A stretch of 64,000 nt of DNA from an uncultured Armatimonadetes bacterium (GTDB lineage: Bacteria > Armatimonadota > UBA5829 > DTJY01): NCBI GenBank assembly GCA_963717145.1, contig OY970325.1:4416001-4480000 (forward strand), read 5' to 3'. A model generated the notes under the pieces. It searched no databases. It saw only the letters and a program-made list of their open reading frames with translations, and was not told the origin of the DNA. This document shows, in pieces, positions 62,976-64,000 of this stretch. A program made the translations under genes and the position numbers. How positions within the stretch are numbered: the first letter of the stretch is position 1; every line of letters starts with the position of its first letter.

Positions 62976-63455
62976 ATGAGCAGATGGCACAACAACTATG
63001 TAGACGGGTATGCTCACTTCTGCACGTTCACGGTGCGGGCCTGGAAGCCACTGCTCGTTGGCAAGGCCGTAGATACGCTCTACGATGAGTGGACGAAGGC
63101 AAGCGCCAGGTTCTCCGTGAGCATACTTGCCTACGTGATCATGCCTGAGCATGTGCATGTGCTCTTGTGGTCGCCCCTGGGGAGAAACATAACCGTGTTC
63201 CTTCAGCGCACATTGGGAGAGATGTCCAAGCGGCTCTGTCCTGGTGAAGGCGGAATGTGGAAAGAGAGGCCGAGGGTCTTCCCCGTCTACTCCGAGTCGG
63301 TGATCAAGGAGAAAGTGGAGTACATCCATCGCAACCCTGTGAGACGAGGGCTTGTAGATGATGCGAGCGCGTGGCCACACTCGAGCTTACGGCAGTTGGC
63401 AACAGGGGACACAGAGGTACCATTTCTCTGCGATGCATTCCCTTCGCCCAAATGA
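62976..63455 (+). mobile_element. REP-associated tyrosine transposase (RAYT, Y1 HUH family)
   Basis: HFCTF, YVIMPEHVHVLL (HUH), YIHRNPVRRGLV, WPHSS; REPs on both sides. Confidence 0.92.
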
Positions 63456-63465
63456 TCCGTGAGGC

Positions 63466-63846
63466 GATGCTTCGGTAGCAGAGGCTTGGCGGCGCTGCCG
63501 AAGGCTACCGTCACAAGGCCGATGCTTCGGCAGCGCCGCCAAGCCTCTGCTACCGAAGCATCTAGAAAACACACCGATCGAGTGCGCGACCGATGCATCG
63601 GCAGCGCCGCCGAGCCTCTGCTACCGAAGCATCTAGAAAACACGCCGATCTACTGCGCGACCGATGCATCGGCAGCGCCGCCAAGCCTCTGCTACCGAAG
63701 CATCTAGAAAACACACAGATCGAGTGCGCGACCGATGGATCGGCAGCGCCGCCAGGCCTCTGCTACCGAAGCATCTAGAAAACACACCGATCGACTGCGC
63801 GACCGATGCATCGGCAGCGCCGCCAAGCCTCTGCTACCGAAGCATC
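63466..63846. repeat. REP array: one inverted copy + five tandem copies at exact 71-bp period
   Basis: 42-bp unit starts at 63521, 63592, 63663, 63734, 63805; near-identical 29-bp linkers. Confidence 0.95.
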
Positions 63847-63931
63847 GGGTGGTCCCTGGGCTTTGTGAGAGGATAAGCCTCCATAACATGGAACAATACA
63901 TCGGGCGCACCTGCCCAGGGAGGATTTGCTC

Positions 63932-64000
63932 ATGTTCATCATCTTCGGAACTAGGTACCGGGTAAAGCAACTCGGGCAGGATATGCAGGCTTGCCTTCGC
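63932..64000 (+). CDS. Probable zinc-ribbon protein, 3'-truncated by window edge
   Basis: GGAGG RBS; MFIIFGTRYRVKQLGQDMQACLR. Confidence 0.55.
   Translation, partial: MFIIFGTRYRVKQLGQDMQACLR

Noticed and set aside
63521-63846. CRISPR array
   Set aside because: The 29-bp linkers are near-identical rather than unique, no cas genes are present, and inverted copies of the repeat flank a RAYT.

Overview
GC-rich bacterial chromosomal segment. The PEP-CTERM style, the SLH-porin/DUF3084/lpt outer-membrane cluster and a repeated 'GLNNIGL.V.TWG' C-terminal module point to Armatimonadota (inference, not database-checked). No rRNA, tRNA or CRISPR array was found. Housekeeping blocks: coaX-dusB, ilvE-mcsA-mcsB-clpC, lptCAB-lptF/G-DUF3084-yqgF-like, ruvCA..B and proS. 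Between them lie carbohydrate-active enzymes, two tandem PEP-CTERM genes, an uncharacterised membrane operon with two DUF6754-like paralogues, a stress island (DUF5335-like, acidic protein, RimK-type ATP-grasp ligase, five tandem KGG/GsiB-like genes), a ~3,100-aa double-subtilase surface protein, and a RAYT transposase with a 71-bp tandem REP array. Main observations: (1) a shared SigB/SigF-like promoter motif in front of five stress genes; (2) the ATP-grasp plus small-protein array; (3) the DUF6754 membrane system; (4) a C-terminal module shared by two unrelated exoproteins; (5) many palindromic repeat families that nest in each other, supply stop codons, and in one case sit in-frame (81 bp, 5-bp duplication) inside an enzyme gene; (6) McsB lacking its conserved Cys motif and lptB lacking a canonical start codon. 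Eight apparent frameshifts in five otherwise intact genes suggest indel errors in the assembly.
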